Source of the DNA: Chthonomonadales bacterium
Lineage (GTDB): Bacteria; Armatimonadota; Chthonomonadetes; Chthonomonadales; Chthonomonadaceae
DNA: 64,000 nucleotides
NCBI GenBank assembly: GCA_038217285.1
Contig: JBBQPO010000001.1
Location: forward strand, 5,841 to 69,840
Direction of reading: 5' to 3'
Positions 52,649 through 62,464 of this stretch are shown in pieces. A model generated the notes under the pieces. That model did no database searches. It saw nothing but the letters and a program-made list of their open reading frames with translations, and was not told where the DNA came from. Each line of letters starts with the position of its first letter. Position 1 is the stretch's first letter. Both the position numbers and the translations under genes were made by a program.

Positions 52649-55078
52649 TCACCAGCCGACGGAGTCTACGTAACAGACGCCTGTCCAGACGCCGTTCGTC
52701 TGGAACTGAACTCCAAGCTGAGACAAGGGCGTGGCTGCGGTGGCGGGAACCGTGACGGTCAGGGTATTCCAGGCGCCTGCCGCCAGGCTTGCAATCGGCT
52801 GCCAGTTGCCGGTCCAGGTCCAGTTGCCTCCCGCTCCCTGCTGCACGAAGGGCTGGATAGATGTCAGGGTGCTGCCGGACGGGATCCAGATATGGAAGGT
52901 GACCGTCGCGCCCGCCGGTGTCGCTGGGGAGCCGACATAGGCCGTCTGGGCGCCTCCGGCGGAGGGGCTGTTGATCGATACGGCCAGGGAGTGCGACCCG
53001 GCATAGGCTTTCACCGTGCTGCCGGCCACGCCGGTGAGGATGCCGCCGGAAGAGACCCAACCCTGCGCACCGCTCTCGAAGTTGTACTGGGCGGAGTCAC
53101 CGGCGGTAACGGTCACGGTCGCCGCCGCGCCGTTCCAGTAGTAGTTGACCCCCCACGTCGAATTGAACACACCAACCTTCACCGTATAGGTGCCCACCGT
53201 GGAAGGCACCACCCAGGCCCATGAATAGGGGCGGGACTGATTGGCGGTAAAGTTCTGGCCGGTATAGGCTTGCTGACCGACTTTGGTCCCGGCCAAATTA
53301 TAGACCTCCAGATCTACGATTCCGTTGGAGAGCGCGCCGCCCGCGTCGGTGACGGTCGTGGAGATGGTCGCGGTCGCTCCCGGAGCGACGGAAGACGGGG
53401 AGACGCTCGTGGAACTCGTGAAGGTCGGCGTCTTACCGGCGGATTTGGGCAGGACGAACAGCGTGATGCTCTGCGCGGGCGCGGTGAAACCAAGGCTGCT
53501 GCCACTGACGGTGATGTCGCTCAGGCGGTTGATGGCGTTGGCGGAGGTGAGCTGCCAGACCTGCGCCGTGCCGGTGCTGGTGAAGTTGGCAAGGTTCAGG
53601 GTGACGGCGGTCGTGCCCGACAGGTACTTGCTGATAACCATGACGGTGAGCGCGCCGTCGATGGTTCGCTGGGCGGCGAAGGCGGAGACATTGTCCGGGT
53701 TCGGAACGGTCGCAGACACGCTGGTATCGCCGAACGTGGACTTGCTGCCGTCGTAGTTGCGATACATCTTGATCGCTTTGTAGGTCGGCGTCGTGTTGCC
53801 CGGCGTCGTCCACCGGGTGGCCAAGTCCAGCCCTTCCCGCCCAAAGATGCCGAGGATATCCGCCTGCGTGGTCGCGCCGTTGATATGCCCTTCGGCTCCC
53901 CAGTTGTATTCGGTAATGCCGGTGAAGGTGCCCGGATAGTAGGTGTTCACCCAGCCCTTGATGCGGGGGATGAGTTGAACCTGGCTATTGATCCACGACT
54001 GGTCTACATAGCTCGGATCCCACAGCGAGCGCGTGGACTGATTGCGTTTGGTCTGCATCGCCGTCGTCACATCGTTGCTGAACTCTCCGCCTTGCGGATA
54101 GTAGTGGACGCTGAACACGTCCAGGATCCGCTTGCCGGTAGAGGCATTGTTCTGACGCAACTGATCGAGCAGCCAGGGCAGATAGTCCCAGTTGCCGTTT
54201 GCGGCTCTATCCGGGATCGTGCTCCATCCATGTATTCCGGTGTACTGCTGGTCGTAGCCGCTGTAGAAGTAACCGCTCCAACCCCACTCTTCCGGCCCAA
54301 CCACCAGGGCGGAACTGTCGTTCGCCTTGACCTTCCCGCCATAATCGAGGATCTTATTGCGGATCTCGGCCATCGTGGCGCCGGTGGGATGGACATCGCG
54401 GTGGGTGCTATGCCAGAGGCTCGGCTCATTGTCCATGAGGTAGTATCGGAGCCCTCCGCTGTTGGCGGGACCCCACTTCGCGACAAGATGCTGCATCCAG
54501 CTATTCTGAAAAGTCGAATCGGAGAGGACATTGGCATCGTTCGGATCGTTGCCCGTCACGTTCTGCCCTGTGCTGCTCAGAACACCGTTGCCGGCATCCG
54601 GAAACCACTGAAAATCATTACCCGTCTGTGCGCCGTATTTGGCGATGGAGAAGCTGGCGAGTTTGCTGCGGTTGGCCCCTACCCTGGCGACCCAGCCGAC
54701 CATCGGGATCGTGAGCAGGGCTTGCGCCCCGCCGCTCTTGCTGTTGGAGATAAACGTGTCGCCCCGCTCCCCAGCGACAGCGCTGGTGTCGCCGATGCTC
54801 TCGAAATAGTAGTCGCTGCCGCGATTGTCGGCGTTCACATTCCAGTTGTAGCGGCTGGTGTTGTTGCCGCCATTGCGATTGAGAAGGATATTCAGGTCTG
54901 ACAGGGTAGGAGTATCCGCGTATGCCATCCCGTAGATGTTGGGGTTGATAGCGCGGCGGTTCGCATTCGCGTCGACGTTGACGGTGACGGCAGGATTTTG
55001 CCCCAGAGCAGGGCCTTCGAATGCGGTGATGGTGAGAAATAGGGCGGCGAAAGTCGCTGCAGGGTTGATTCGTACCAT
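52649..55078 (-). CDS. Secreted glycoside hydrolase family 44-like enzyme with C-terminal beta-sandwich/CBM-like domains
   Basis: Signal peptide MVRINPAATFAALFLTITAFEGPALG. NRNGGNNTSRYNWNVNADNRGSDYYFESI resembles the GH44 N-terminal signature. The C-terminal ~300 aa are Thr/Ser/Gly-rich Ig-like repeats. Confidence 0.6.
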   Translation of the reverse strand: MVRINPAATFAALFLTITAFEGPALGQNPAVTVNVDANANRRAINPNIYGMAYADTPTLSDLNILLNRNGGNNTSRYNWNVNADNRGSDYYFESIGDTSAVAGERGDTFISNSKSGGAQALLTIPMVGWVARVGANRSKLASFSIAKYGAQTGNDFQWFPDAGNGVLSSTGQNVTGNDPNDANVLSDSTFQNSWMQHLVAKWGPANSGGLRYYLMDNEPSLWHSTHRDVHPTGATMAEIRNKILDYGGKVKANDSSALVVGPEEWGWSGYFYSGYDQQYTGIHGWSTIPDRAANGNWDYLPWLLDQLRQNNASTGKRILDVFSVHYYPQGGEFSNDVTTAMQTKRNQSTRSLWDPSYVDQSWINSQVQLIPRIKGWVNTYYPGTFTGITEYNWGAEGHINGATTQADILGIFGREGLDLATRWTTPGNTTPTYKAIKMYRNYDGSKSTFGDTSVSATVPNPDNVSAFAAQRTIDGALTVMVISKYLSGTTAVTLNLANFTSTGTAQVWQLTSANAINRLSDITVSGSSLGFTAPAQSITLFVLPKSAGKTPTFTSSTSVSPSSVAPGATATISTTVTDAGGALSNGIVDLEVYNLAGTKVGQQAYTGQNFTANQSRPYSWAWVVPSTVGTYTVKVGVFNSTWGVNYYWNGAAATVTVTAGDSAQYNFESGAQGWVSSGGILTGVAGSTVKAYAGSHSLAVSINSPSAGGAQTAYVGSPATPAGATVTFHIWIPSGSTLTSIQPFVQQGAGGNWTWTGNWQPIASLAAGAWNTLTVTVPATAATPLSQLGVQFQTNGVWTGVCYVDSVGW

Positions 55079-55364
55079 AGATTACACCTCCGGGTGTCTC
55101 CGTGGGCGCCGTGCCCATCGTGGGATCTGTCAGCCTCTCCAAGCCCCGGTTCCGTCGGCTCCCGAGAACGGGCAACCTATGTTTGAGTTGCATATCGCGA
55201 ATTCTGGCAATCACAATCGTTTTGAAAACAGATTATGGGCTTAGGAGGGCTCATCGCGTGCACGTCTCATGCAATATCACACGTTAGATACAGCATTGTC
55301 GTTCCAAAGACCTGCTTCGAACGGGCCTAGTTTTTCCTGAGGCATACAGTGCGTGGCCAAAGCA

Positions 55365-55396
55365 GCAAAATGGCCGTCGCGGGACGGCCATTTTGC
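55365..55396 (-). terminator. Strong hairpin downstream of purD (bidirectional terminator candidate)
   Basis: Perfect 14-bp stem GCAAAATGGCCGTC / GACGGCCATTTTGC with loop GCGG. It is flanked by CCAAAG / CTTTGG, which extends the pairing. Confidence 0.6.
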
Positions 55397-55480
55397 TTTG
55401 GCGCAACTCCTTCATGAACGTGGTTTTCAGTCTTGCCGGCAATGAAAGTGGCTCAGTGGATTCCGGGAGGCTCGTTTGCC

Positions 55481-56776
55481 CTATGTAGTGACCTGGAGGG
55501 CGCGGGCGGCGATGTCGCGGCGGTAGGTGATGCCATCGAAGTTCAGGCGGGCCATACCTTTGTAGGCGCGGGTAACGGCCGTGCCGAGGTCTTCGGCGAG
55601 GCCGGTGACGCTCAGGACGCGGCCCCCATCGGTCACGGTCTGGCCGTCGGCGAGGCGGGTTCCGGCGTGGAAGACGAGGCAGTCCTCCTGCGTTCCGAAC
55701 GTCTCCAGGCCGGTGATGACTTTGCCTGTCTCATAGTCGTCGGGATAGCCGCCCGAGGCCGCCACGACGGTCGCGGAGGCGCCACCGCGCCAGCGCACCT
55801 CCTGCTGCTCCAGCGTACAGTCCGTCACGCCCAACAGCAGGGGAACCAAATCGCTCGCCAGCAGGGGCAGGACCGCCTGCGTCTCCGGATCGCCGAGGCG
55901 ACAGTTGAACTCGATGCACTTCGGGCCTTCAGCAGTGATAATGATACCGGCGTAGAGGACGCCCTTATAGGGGATGCCCAGTTCGCGCACCGCCCGAATA
56001 GCGGGCCGCAGAATGCGCTCCATCGCAATGTTCACCGTATCTGCGGGGATCGTGGGAACAGGCGCGTAGGCGCCCATACCGCCCGTATTCGGGCCGGTGT
56101 CGCCCTCCCCTATCCGCTTGTGATCCTGCGACGGCACCAGCGGAATGATCGTCTCGCCGTCTGTGATCGCCATGATCGACGCCTCTTCGCCGTAGAGCCG
56201 CTCCTCGATCACCACCACATCTCCGGCCTGTCCGAAGACCCTCTCGCCCATGATACGGATCAGGCCTGCCTCGGCCTCGGCCTGGTTGTTCGCGACGATC
56301 ACGCCTTTGCCTGCCGCAATCCCATCCGCCTTTATGACGATTCCGACATCCGGAGCGTTCTGCGCGTAGTAGGCCCGCAGGATCGCCTGCGCTTCCGCGA
56401 GCGAACGGCATGTCCAGAAGGCGGCCGTGGGAATGCCTGCCGACTGCATCAGCTCCTTGGCGAAAGTCTTACTGCCTTCCAGCCGGGCCGGATCGGTGGA
56501 GGGGCCAAAGATCGGCAGCCCTCGCGCCTCGAACTTATCGACGATCCCGGCGATAAGCGGCGCTTCCGGCCCCACAACGGTCAGGCCCACGCCGTTCCTC
56601 TCGGCGAAATCCGCCAGGAGAGAGATATCCGTCGCCTGGATCGGCACGCACTCCGCCATCTGCGCGATGCCCGCATTGCCCGGCGCACAGAAGATCTTCT
56701 CCACCAGCGGACTCTGGGCGATCTTCCAGACCAGCGCGTGTTCGCGCCCGCCCCCGCCTACGACCAGTACACGCAT
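55481..56776 (-). CDS. purD: Phosphoribosylamine--glycine ligase
   Basis: I chose the start MRVLVVGGGGREHALVWKIAQSP at 56776. ATP-grasp pattern throughout. Confidence 0.93.
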   Translation of the reverse strand: MRVLVVGGGGREHALVWKIAQSPLVEKIFCAPGNAGIAQMAECVPIQATDISLLADFAERNGVGLTVVGPEAPLIAGIVDKFEARGLPIFGPSTDPARLEGSKTFAKELMQSAGIPTAAFWTCRSLAEAQAILRAYYAQNAPDVGIVIKADGIAAGKGVIVANNQAEAEAGLIRIMGERVFGQAGDVVVIEERLYGEEASIMAITDGETIIPLVPSQDHKRIGEGDTGPNTGGMGAYAPVPTIPADTVNIAMERILRPAIRAVRELGIPYKGVLYAGIIITAEGPKCIEFNCRLGDPETQAVLPLLASDLVPLLLGVTDCTLEQQEVRWRGGASATVVAASGGYPDDYETGKVITGLETFGTQEDCLVFHAGTRLADGQTVTDGGRVLSVTGLAEDLGTAVTRAYKGMARLNFDGITYRRDIAARALQVTT

Positions 56777-56890
56777 GCCCTTACGCTCCTTCCGTCTACT
56801 CCCCGAAATCAAAAATCTCTCCTTCTGCCAACGCCCTGAATTCAAAATCGTATCTCTCCACTCCTCGACATTCCGAAATCAAAAATGGCT

Positions 56891-58321
56891 TCATTCTCCG
56901 CTGTCGCCAGGGTCATAGTAGCCGGGCGCGAGGTTTTCGAACCGGGCGTAGTGCGGCAGGAAGCCGACCTTGACCGGTCCGGTCGGGCCGTTACGCTGCT
57001 TGGCGATGATCAGCTCCGCCACTTCCAGTTTTTCCCGGTCCCGCTCGTCCCGGTCGCCCGACTGCTGCTCCCGGTCATCCGCCGCTGAGCTCGCCTCTTT
57101 CATTTTGTAGTAGGCTTCGCGGTAGATAAACATGACGATGTCCGCCTCCGCCTCGATCGCGCCGGATTCGCGAAGGTCGGAGAGCATCGGGCGTTTGTCG
57201 GGGCGCGATTCGACGGCGCGGCTGAGCTGCGACAGCGCGATCACCGGGACTTCCAACTCGCGCGCCATCTGCTTGGTGGAGCGGGCGATCTCAGAGATCT
57301 CCTGGTTGCGGTTCTCGGTGCGTTTATGGGAGCGCATCAGTTGCAGATAGTCGATGACGACCATGCCCAGGCCCTTCTGCTCTGCCTTCAGTCGGCGGCA
57401 TTTGGCGCGGATCTCCAGCGCGGAGATGTCGGGCGAATCGTCGATGAAGATCGGGGCCTCGGCCAGCCGCTGGATTCCCTCGCCGACCCGCTGCCAGTCG
57501 TCGCTCTGCAGGAATCCGGTACGCAGCTTATGCGCGTCTACCCGCGACTCGGAACAGATCATACGCGTGACCAACTGCTCCGCCGACATCTCCAGGCTGA
57601 AGATCGCCACCGGCAGCTTCTCGTTCAAGGCCACGTACTGTGCCAGTTGGACGGTCAGGGCGGTCTTGCCCATACTCGGTCGGGCGGCGACGATGATGAG
57701 GTCGGAGGGCTGAAAACCGGCGGTCTTGTAGTTGAGGTCGTCGAAGGGGGTTTTGCGGCCCGTCGGAGCGCCACGATTGGAGTCCAGACTGTCGAGGCGA
57801 TCCAGCTCTTTGTCGAGCAGGGGGCGAAGCTGTTTGAAGAACTGGCCGGCGCGCCTGCGACCGATCTCGAAAACGATCTGTTCCGCCCGGTCCACCACTT
57901 CACTGATATTGTTGAACTCGGAATAGGCCAGTCCCTGCACCTGCGTCCCGGCATCGAGCAGGCGGCGCAGAATCGATTTCTCTTCGACCAGGCGGGCGTA
58001 GTACTCGATATTGGCGGCAGTCGAGGGCGCCTCCATCAGGTTCTGAAGGTAGATCAAACCTCCGACCGAGTCGTACTGCCCACGCGCTCTCAGTTCGTTG
58101 GTCAGGGTGATCAGATCGACAGGCTCGTCCCGCTGGGTGAGGGCTAGCATGCCCTCGAAGACGAAGCGGTGGGCGTCGCGATAGAAGTCTTCCGGGCGCA
58201 GGATCTCCGCGCCGCGCTCGACCGCTGTCCGCTCGATCAGCATCGAGCCCAGCACGGCCTGCTCCGCTTCCAGGTTCTGCGGGGGAACACGATCAAACGA
58301 ACCCGGATAGTCCGATGCCAC
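56891..58321 (-). CDS. dnaB: Replicative DNA helicase DnaB
   Basis: PPQNLEAEQAVLGSML N-terminal signature. Walker A ARPSMGKTAL. I chose the GTG at 58321 (RBS GGGGAGGG 6 nt upstream). The longest ORF would start at TTG 58426. Confidence 0.9.
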   Translation of the reverse strand: MASDYPGSFDRVPPQNLEAEQAVLGSMLIERTAVERGAEILRPEDFYRDAHRFVFEGMLALTQRDEPVDLITLTNELRARGQYDSVGGLIYLQNLMEAPSTAANIEYYARLVEEKSILRRLLDAGTQVQGLAYSEFNNISEVVDRAEQIVFEIGRRRAGQFFKQLRPLLDKELDRLDSLDSNRGAPTGRKTPFDDLNYKTAGFQPSDLIIVAARPSMGKTALTVQLAQYVALNEKLPVAIFSLEMSAEQLVTRMICSESRVDAHKLRTGFLQSDDWQRVGEGIQRLAEAPIFIDDSPDISALEIRAKCRRLKAEQKGLGMVVIDYLQLMRSHKRTENRNQEISEIARSTKQMARELEVPVIALSQLSRAVESRPDKRPMLSDLRESGAIEAEADIVMFIYREAYYKMKEASSAADDREQQSGDRDERDREKLEVAELIIAKQRNGPTGPVKVGFLPHYARFENLAPGYYDPGDSGE

Positions 58322-58427
58322 GATAGCGCCCTCCCCTGGATTAGGATGCACAGGATAAACTGGATGAAACGGTGAGTAGAAGTACTGAATCGCGAAACGG
58401 GTTTGAAAACGAGCGGATGGAAGCAAA

Positions 58428-58532
58428 ATAGACAGGATCTACAAGATTTACAGGAGGAACAAGGGTTCGGCGTCTGCACCGCACCCTCCATTGACCTCTA
58501 GCTTACCTGTAAATCCTGGAAATCCTGTCTAT
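58428..58532. repeat. Long imperfect inverted repeat between rplI and dnaB
   Basis: Arms are 58428-58454 (ATAGACAGGATCTACAAGATTTACAGG) and 58506-58532 (reverse complement ATAGACAGGATTTCCAGGATTTACAGG): 11 + 9 identical end positions, and 23 of 27 positions identical overall. They enclose ~51 nt. Confidence 0.75.
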
Positions 58533-58553
58533 ATTCCCGCAGCGGGGAAAGAA

Positions 58554-59213
58554 CTAACCTTCGGCGTCGGGAGCCTCGTCGAGCAGGGAGTAGTTGCGGC
58601 GCGGGCGGCGCTCACGGGGCGGCTCATCGCCACGGGCTTCCTGCGCGGCGGCGCGGGCTTCGGCAGCGGCCTGAGCCGCGACTTCGGCGGCAGCAAGGCG
58701 GGCCGCTTCGCGCTCGGCGGCGAGTTCGGCAGCGACGCGGGCTTTCTCTTTGGCTTCGATAATTTCTGGGGTGACCACTTCCACCTTGAACGGGACCGTG
58801 ACTTCCGGATGCAGGCGGGCGGTCAGGTCGTAGGTGCCGGTCACTTTGATCGGGTCGATCAGGCTGACGCGGCGCTTGTCGACTTCCACTCCGAGGGTCT
58901 TCTGAATAATTTCGACTACGTCCGCCTCGGTCACGGCGCCGAAGAGACGATTGGACTTCGGGTTGGAACGGGCCATGATCTGGAACGACTGGTCGCGCAG
59001 TTTCTCCGCGTTGGCCTGCGCGTTCGCAAGCAGCGCCGCCGTCTTGGCGACTTCGCGGTTGATGCGGTTTTCGTGGTTCTTGAGCGCCGAACCCTTGGCG
59101 ACGACAGCGAGTTGGCGGGGGAACAGATAGTTACGCGCATAACCGTCCGCAACGGCGAGAATCTCTCCGTCCTTGCCGACCTTCGGCACATCGCGGGTTA
59201 AAATCACTTTCAT
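58554..59213 (-). CDS. rplI: 50S ribosomal protein L9 with a ~70-aa Ala/Glu/Arg-rich C-terminal extension
   Basis: MKVILTRDVPKVGKDGEILAVADGYARNYLFPRQLA is canonical L9. The total length is 219 aa, versus ~150 aa typical. Confidence 0.92.
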   Translation of the reverse strand: MKVILTRDVPKVGKDGEILAVADGYARNYLFPRQLAVVAKGSALKNHENRINREVAKTAALLANAQANAEKLRDQSFQIMARSNPKSNRLFGAVTEADVVEIIQKTLGVEVDKRRVSLIDPIKVTGTYDLTARLHPEVTVPFKVEVVTPEIIEAKEKARVAAELAAEREAARLAAAEVAAQAAAEARAAAQEARGDEPPRERRPRRNYSLLDEAPDAEG

Positions 59214-59250
59214 CGAGAGGATCTCCTGTATCGGTAAAAATAGGTGCAGA

Positions 59251-60732
59251 TTACTGTTTTATCTGAAAGCCGATAATCGGAACGGGGGTGCGGAGAAGGT
59301 TGTCTGCGCCCAGCCAAACCGAAGCGTTCTGTTTTACCCTAAAAAGGGCCTTCGCGTCAAGGCGTGGACGGTTCGTATCCCATAAATCGACGCGAAAACC
59401 GAGGCCACGCTTCGACTCGTAATCGAGTCCGGCCCCAAGGCGTGAGGCATAGAGCCCATAACGGAGCAGGAGGCTGTCGGCGGTTTCACCGGGACGCAGG
59501 TTGGCGACAGGGAGCATGTACGTGCCCGCCTGCAGGTTCAGGCGCGTGTTCTGCCCCAGATCGTAGAAGCCGACGTCTACAAGTCCCGTGCGACTGGTGG
59601 GAATGCGGGCATCCACATCGATGCGCAGTCGCGTCGGGTCGAGCGATTCGGAGACGTTGCCGATCACCTCGATCTTGGGCACACGCGGCCCATGCGACCC
59701 TGGGCTCGTCAGTTTGTTGAGCAGCGTGTCCACCTTCTCCGCCACCCCGCGCCCTCGGTCGGTGATCTCCTGCAGGTTGGCGACGCTGGTCTTCAGATTG
59801 GTCTGAAGGTTCGGATCGCCGGAAATCTCATGAATGTCGGAGGCGATCTGGTTGAAACGAGCGAGCGTCGTCCGGGCGAGATCGGCCGTCTCCTGCAGCG
59901 TGTTTTGCAGGCGCGGGTCGGTGACCTGTTCCGTCAGCTTCTTCACGATCGTGTTCGTGTCGTCGATGGTGGTATCGACATGGTCGAGCACTTCGTTGAC
60001 TTTGGCGGTCAGCTTGTCCAGGTTGCCGCGGCTGCCCTTGATCGTCTCGGTCAACTGGACTCGCAGACTATCCGAGGCTTTCTTGGCGTTGGCCGAGGTG
60101 TCTTGAAAGTTCTGAAGCGTGCTCAAGAGCCTGTTTTTTAGCACCGGATCCCCGATGAAGCTCTGCGTGGAGGCGACGGTCTTATTGGTCGTATCGAGCA
60201 GTGTCTTGGTCCGGTCGAGCACGTCATTGAGCTTTCCGGACGTACTCTTCAGGGTGAGTTGGAGGTCGTTGACGAGTTTCGTACTGTTCTGCACGGCCTC
60301 TTCCAGCTTCGGGTCGAGACTGGCGAGGGCTCCCTGCGGCTTGTCGCCATCGGCGACAGCAGAGTTGTCGGTCAGCAGGTAGGTCGCCTTATCCGAGGGC
60401 TTGACCAGAATCTGCGGCGTGGTGATGAGCAGGCCAGAGACGATGACGAAGTGCGATCCTTCGGGAATCGTGTACTTGTTGTTGATGGCAAGCGTCACGA
60501 TAGGCAGCGGGGGATGCTGCGTCTGATCCAGGGTGACATTGGCCACCTCGCCGATGGCGACACCCTGCATCCGCACGACGCTCTGCCGCTGGACTCCCAG
60601 CGTATCCTCGAAACGTACTTTGATTTTATAGGTGTTCGGGTTGATATGCGAAAGGTAGAGGTAGAGCACTCCAAACACGGCCAGCGCCAGCAACACCATG
60701 CTTCCAACCTTCGTAACTGTTCTCGATTCCAT
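59251..60732 (-). CDS. MCE/MlaD-family protein with a long helical C-terminal region
   Basis: N-terminal TM segment plus an MCE domain (YKIKVRFEDTLGVQRQSVVRMQGVAIGEVANV). 493 aa. Confidence 0.8.
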   Translation of the reverse strand: MESRTVTKVGSMVLLALAVFGVLYLYLSHINPNTYKIKVRFEDTLGVQRQSVVRMQGVAIGEVANVTLDQTQHPPLPIVTLAINNKYTIPEGSHFVIVSGLLITTPQILVKPSDKATYLLTDNSAVADGDKPQGALASLDPKLEEAVQNSTKLVNDLQLTLKSTSGKLNDVLDRTKTLLDTTNKTVASTQSFIGDPVLKNRLLSTLQNFQDTSANAKKASDSLRVQLTETIKGSRGNLDKLTAKVNEVLDHVDTTIDDTNTIVKKLTEQVTDPRLQNTLQETADLARTTLARFNQIASDIHEISGDPNLQTNLKTSVANLQEITDRGRGVAEKVDTLLNKLTSPGSHGPRVPKIEVIGNVSESLDPTRLRIDVDARIPTSRTGLVDVGFYDLGQNTRLNLQAGTYMLPVANLRPGETADSLLLRYGLYASRLGAGLDYESKRGLGFRVDLWDTNRPRLDAKALFRVKQNASVWLGADNLLRTPVPIIGFQIKQ

Positions 60733-60815
60733 GCTGACTCCTCATGCCCGACAGGGGGCTACCGACAGCGAAGGGCCTATGGCCCGCCTTCGTGGGCACA
60801 ACGCCTTCCTTGACG

Positions 60816-61577
60816 TTATGGCCCGCTTACGCCCGCGACCATGTGTGTTTCCGGGTGCAGAAACTCCTGCACGATAGGGTTGGGTGAGGCACGCACTTCG
60901 TCGGGGGTGCCGTAGATGACTATCTTGCCCTTGTGCAGCATCGCCACATGATCGGATATACGAAAGATCGAAGGCAGATGATGTGAAACGACCACAGAGG
61001 TGACTCCGGTGCGTTCCCGCGTCTGCATGATAAGATTGTCGATCGTGTTGGCCGTGATCGGATCGAGGCCGCTGGTCGGCTCATCATAAAAGACGATGGA
61101 CGGCTCCATTGCCAGCGCGCGCGCCAGCCCGACCCGCTTTTGCATGCCGCCGGAGAGCTCCGAAGGAAAGCGTTTCTCCACGCCCGGCAACTCCACTTCA
61201 GCCAGTCGATCCCGCACCATTTTTTCCAACTCCGCCTTCGGAACCCGGTGGCGGTGGCGCACCACGCCGAACACGATGTTATCGAAGACACTGAGGGAGT
61301 CGAAGAGTGCGGAGTACTGAAAGACGAGGCCGATCTTCAGGCGCATCTTGTCCAGTTCCGACTCTTTCAGGGCGGCGATGTCCTGCTCGTCGATAAGAAT
61401 CTGCCCGGAGGTCGGCCGGATCAGCCCGGTCAGCAGCTTCAGCAGGGTCGTCTTACCGCTGCCGGACTGCCCCATGATGGAGACGATCTCACCTTTGGCG
61501 ATGTCGAGGTCGATGTCGTTCAGGATGCGTTTATGCGGGACTTCGTAGACCACATTTCGGACGGATACTGCGCTCAT
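60816..61577 (-). CDS. ABC transporter ATP-binding protein (MlaF-like)
   Basis: Walker A GQSGSGKTTLLK, signature LSGGMQKRV, Walker B VFYDEPTSGLD. Confidence 0.9.
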   Translation of the reverse strand: MSAVSVRNVVYEVPHKRILNDIDLDIAKGEIVSIMGQSGSGKTTLLKLLTGLIRPTSGQILIDEQDIAALKESELDKMRLKIGLVFQYSALFDSLSVFDNIVFGVVRHRHRVPKAELEKMVRDRLAEVELPGVEKRFPSELSGGMQKRVGLARALAMEPSIVFYDEPTSGLDPITANTIDNLIMQTRERTGVTSVVVSHHLPSIFRISDHVAMLHKGKIVIYGTPDEVRASPNPIVQEFLHPETHMVAGVSGP

Positions 61578-61596
61578 AGCCTTGCCTCTCCCCGAC

Positions 61597-62448
61597 TCAT
61601 TTCGTCAGTATCTGCGCCAGGAAGAAGTCGGTGATAAAGATCAGCACGACACACAGCACCACAGAACTGGTGGTGGCGCGGCCCACGCCGGTGGCGCCGC
61701 CCTTCGTGCGCAGTCCTTGCTGGCAGGCGACCAGCCCGATCAGAAAGCCGAACACGACCGACTTCAAGAGGCCGTGCAGGAGGTCCGACGATTTCGTATA
61801 GGTATGCACCGATGTCCAGTACGATTCCGCCGAGACGCCCGCTCCCAGCGAAAACAGATAGCCGCCGCAGAGCCCGGCGATGTCGGCCAGCACCGTCAGC
61901 AAGGGGAGCATGATGACGGCGGCGAGTACGCGTGGCACGACCAGATAGCGGATGGGGGAGACCGCCATAGCCCGCAGGGCATCGACCTGCTCCGTGACGA
62001 CCATAGAGCCGATCTCGGCGGCGATGGCGGCTCCCGACCGCGCCGCCAGTCCGACCCCCCCCAGTGTCGGGCCGAGCTCGTTCAAAAAGCTGTAGCTGAC
62101 GGTCCCACCAAGAAACTGATTGAACCCGCTGCCGAACTGACTCGTCAGTGTGGCGATATAGAAGGCGAAGACCGCGCCCGTCGCACCGGTGATGATGAGC
62201 ACGATCCAGACGGAATCGACGCCAATGGAGGCCATCTGATGGATGAGATCGCGCATCTCGAAGCCGCCGTGCAGGATCGAGGTGAAGGCTTGACCGGCGA
62301 GAATGGTCACCTCACCGACGAAATCCACCATGTTATGCAGCATACGGAGCAGACGGCGCACCGCTCCCCGAGGCGGATCGTCCGGAGACTCCACGTCGGA
62401 GGTTGGAGTCTCGACGCCTTTTTTCGGTTGTGCTGCCTGATCCACCAT
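61597..62448 (-). CDS. MlaE-family ABC transporter permease
   Basis: I chose the start MVDQAAQPKK at 62448, 16 nt downstream of the M20 stop. The rest is MlaE-like polytopic sequence. Confidence 0.8.
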   Translation of the reverse strand: MVDQAAQPKKGVETPTSDVESPDDPPRGAVRRLLRMLHNMVDFVGEVTILAGQAFTSILHGGFEMRDLIHQMASIGVDSVWIVLIITGATGAVFAFYIATLTSQFGSGFNQFLGGTVSYSFLNELGPTLGGVGLAARSGAAIAAEIGSMVVTEQVDALRAMAVSPIRYLVVPRVLAAVIMLPLLTVLADIAGLCGGYLFSLGAGVSAESYWTSVHTYTKSSDLLHGLLKSVVFGFLIGLVACQQGLRTKGGATGVGRATTSSVVLCVVLIFITDFFLAQILTK

Positions 62449-62464
62449 GCTCTCAGTATACCCT

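Noticed and set aside
56891-58426. TTG at 58426 as the dnaB start (longest ORF).
   Set aside because: The extra 35 residues (LPSARFQTRFAIQYFYSPFHPVYPVHPNP...) are not DnaB-like and no RBS precedes the TTG. The GTG at 58321 has a GGGGAGGG Shine-Dalgarno and gives a normal distance to the PPQNLEAEQ motif. The call is still uncertain.
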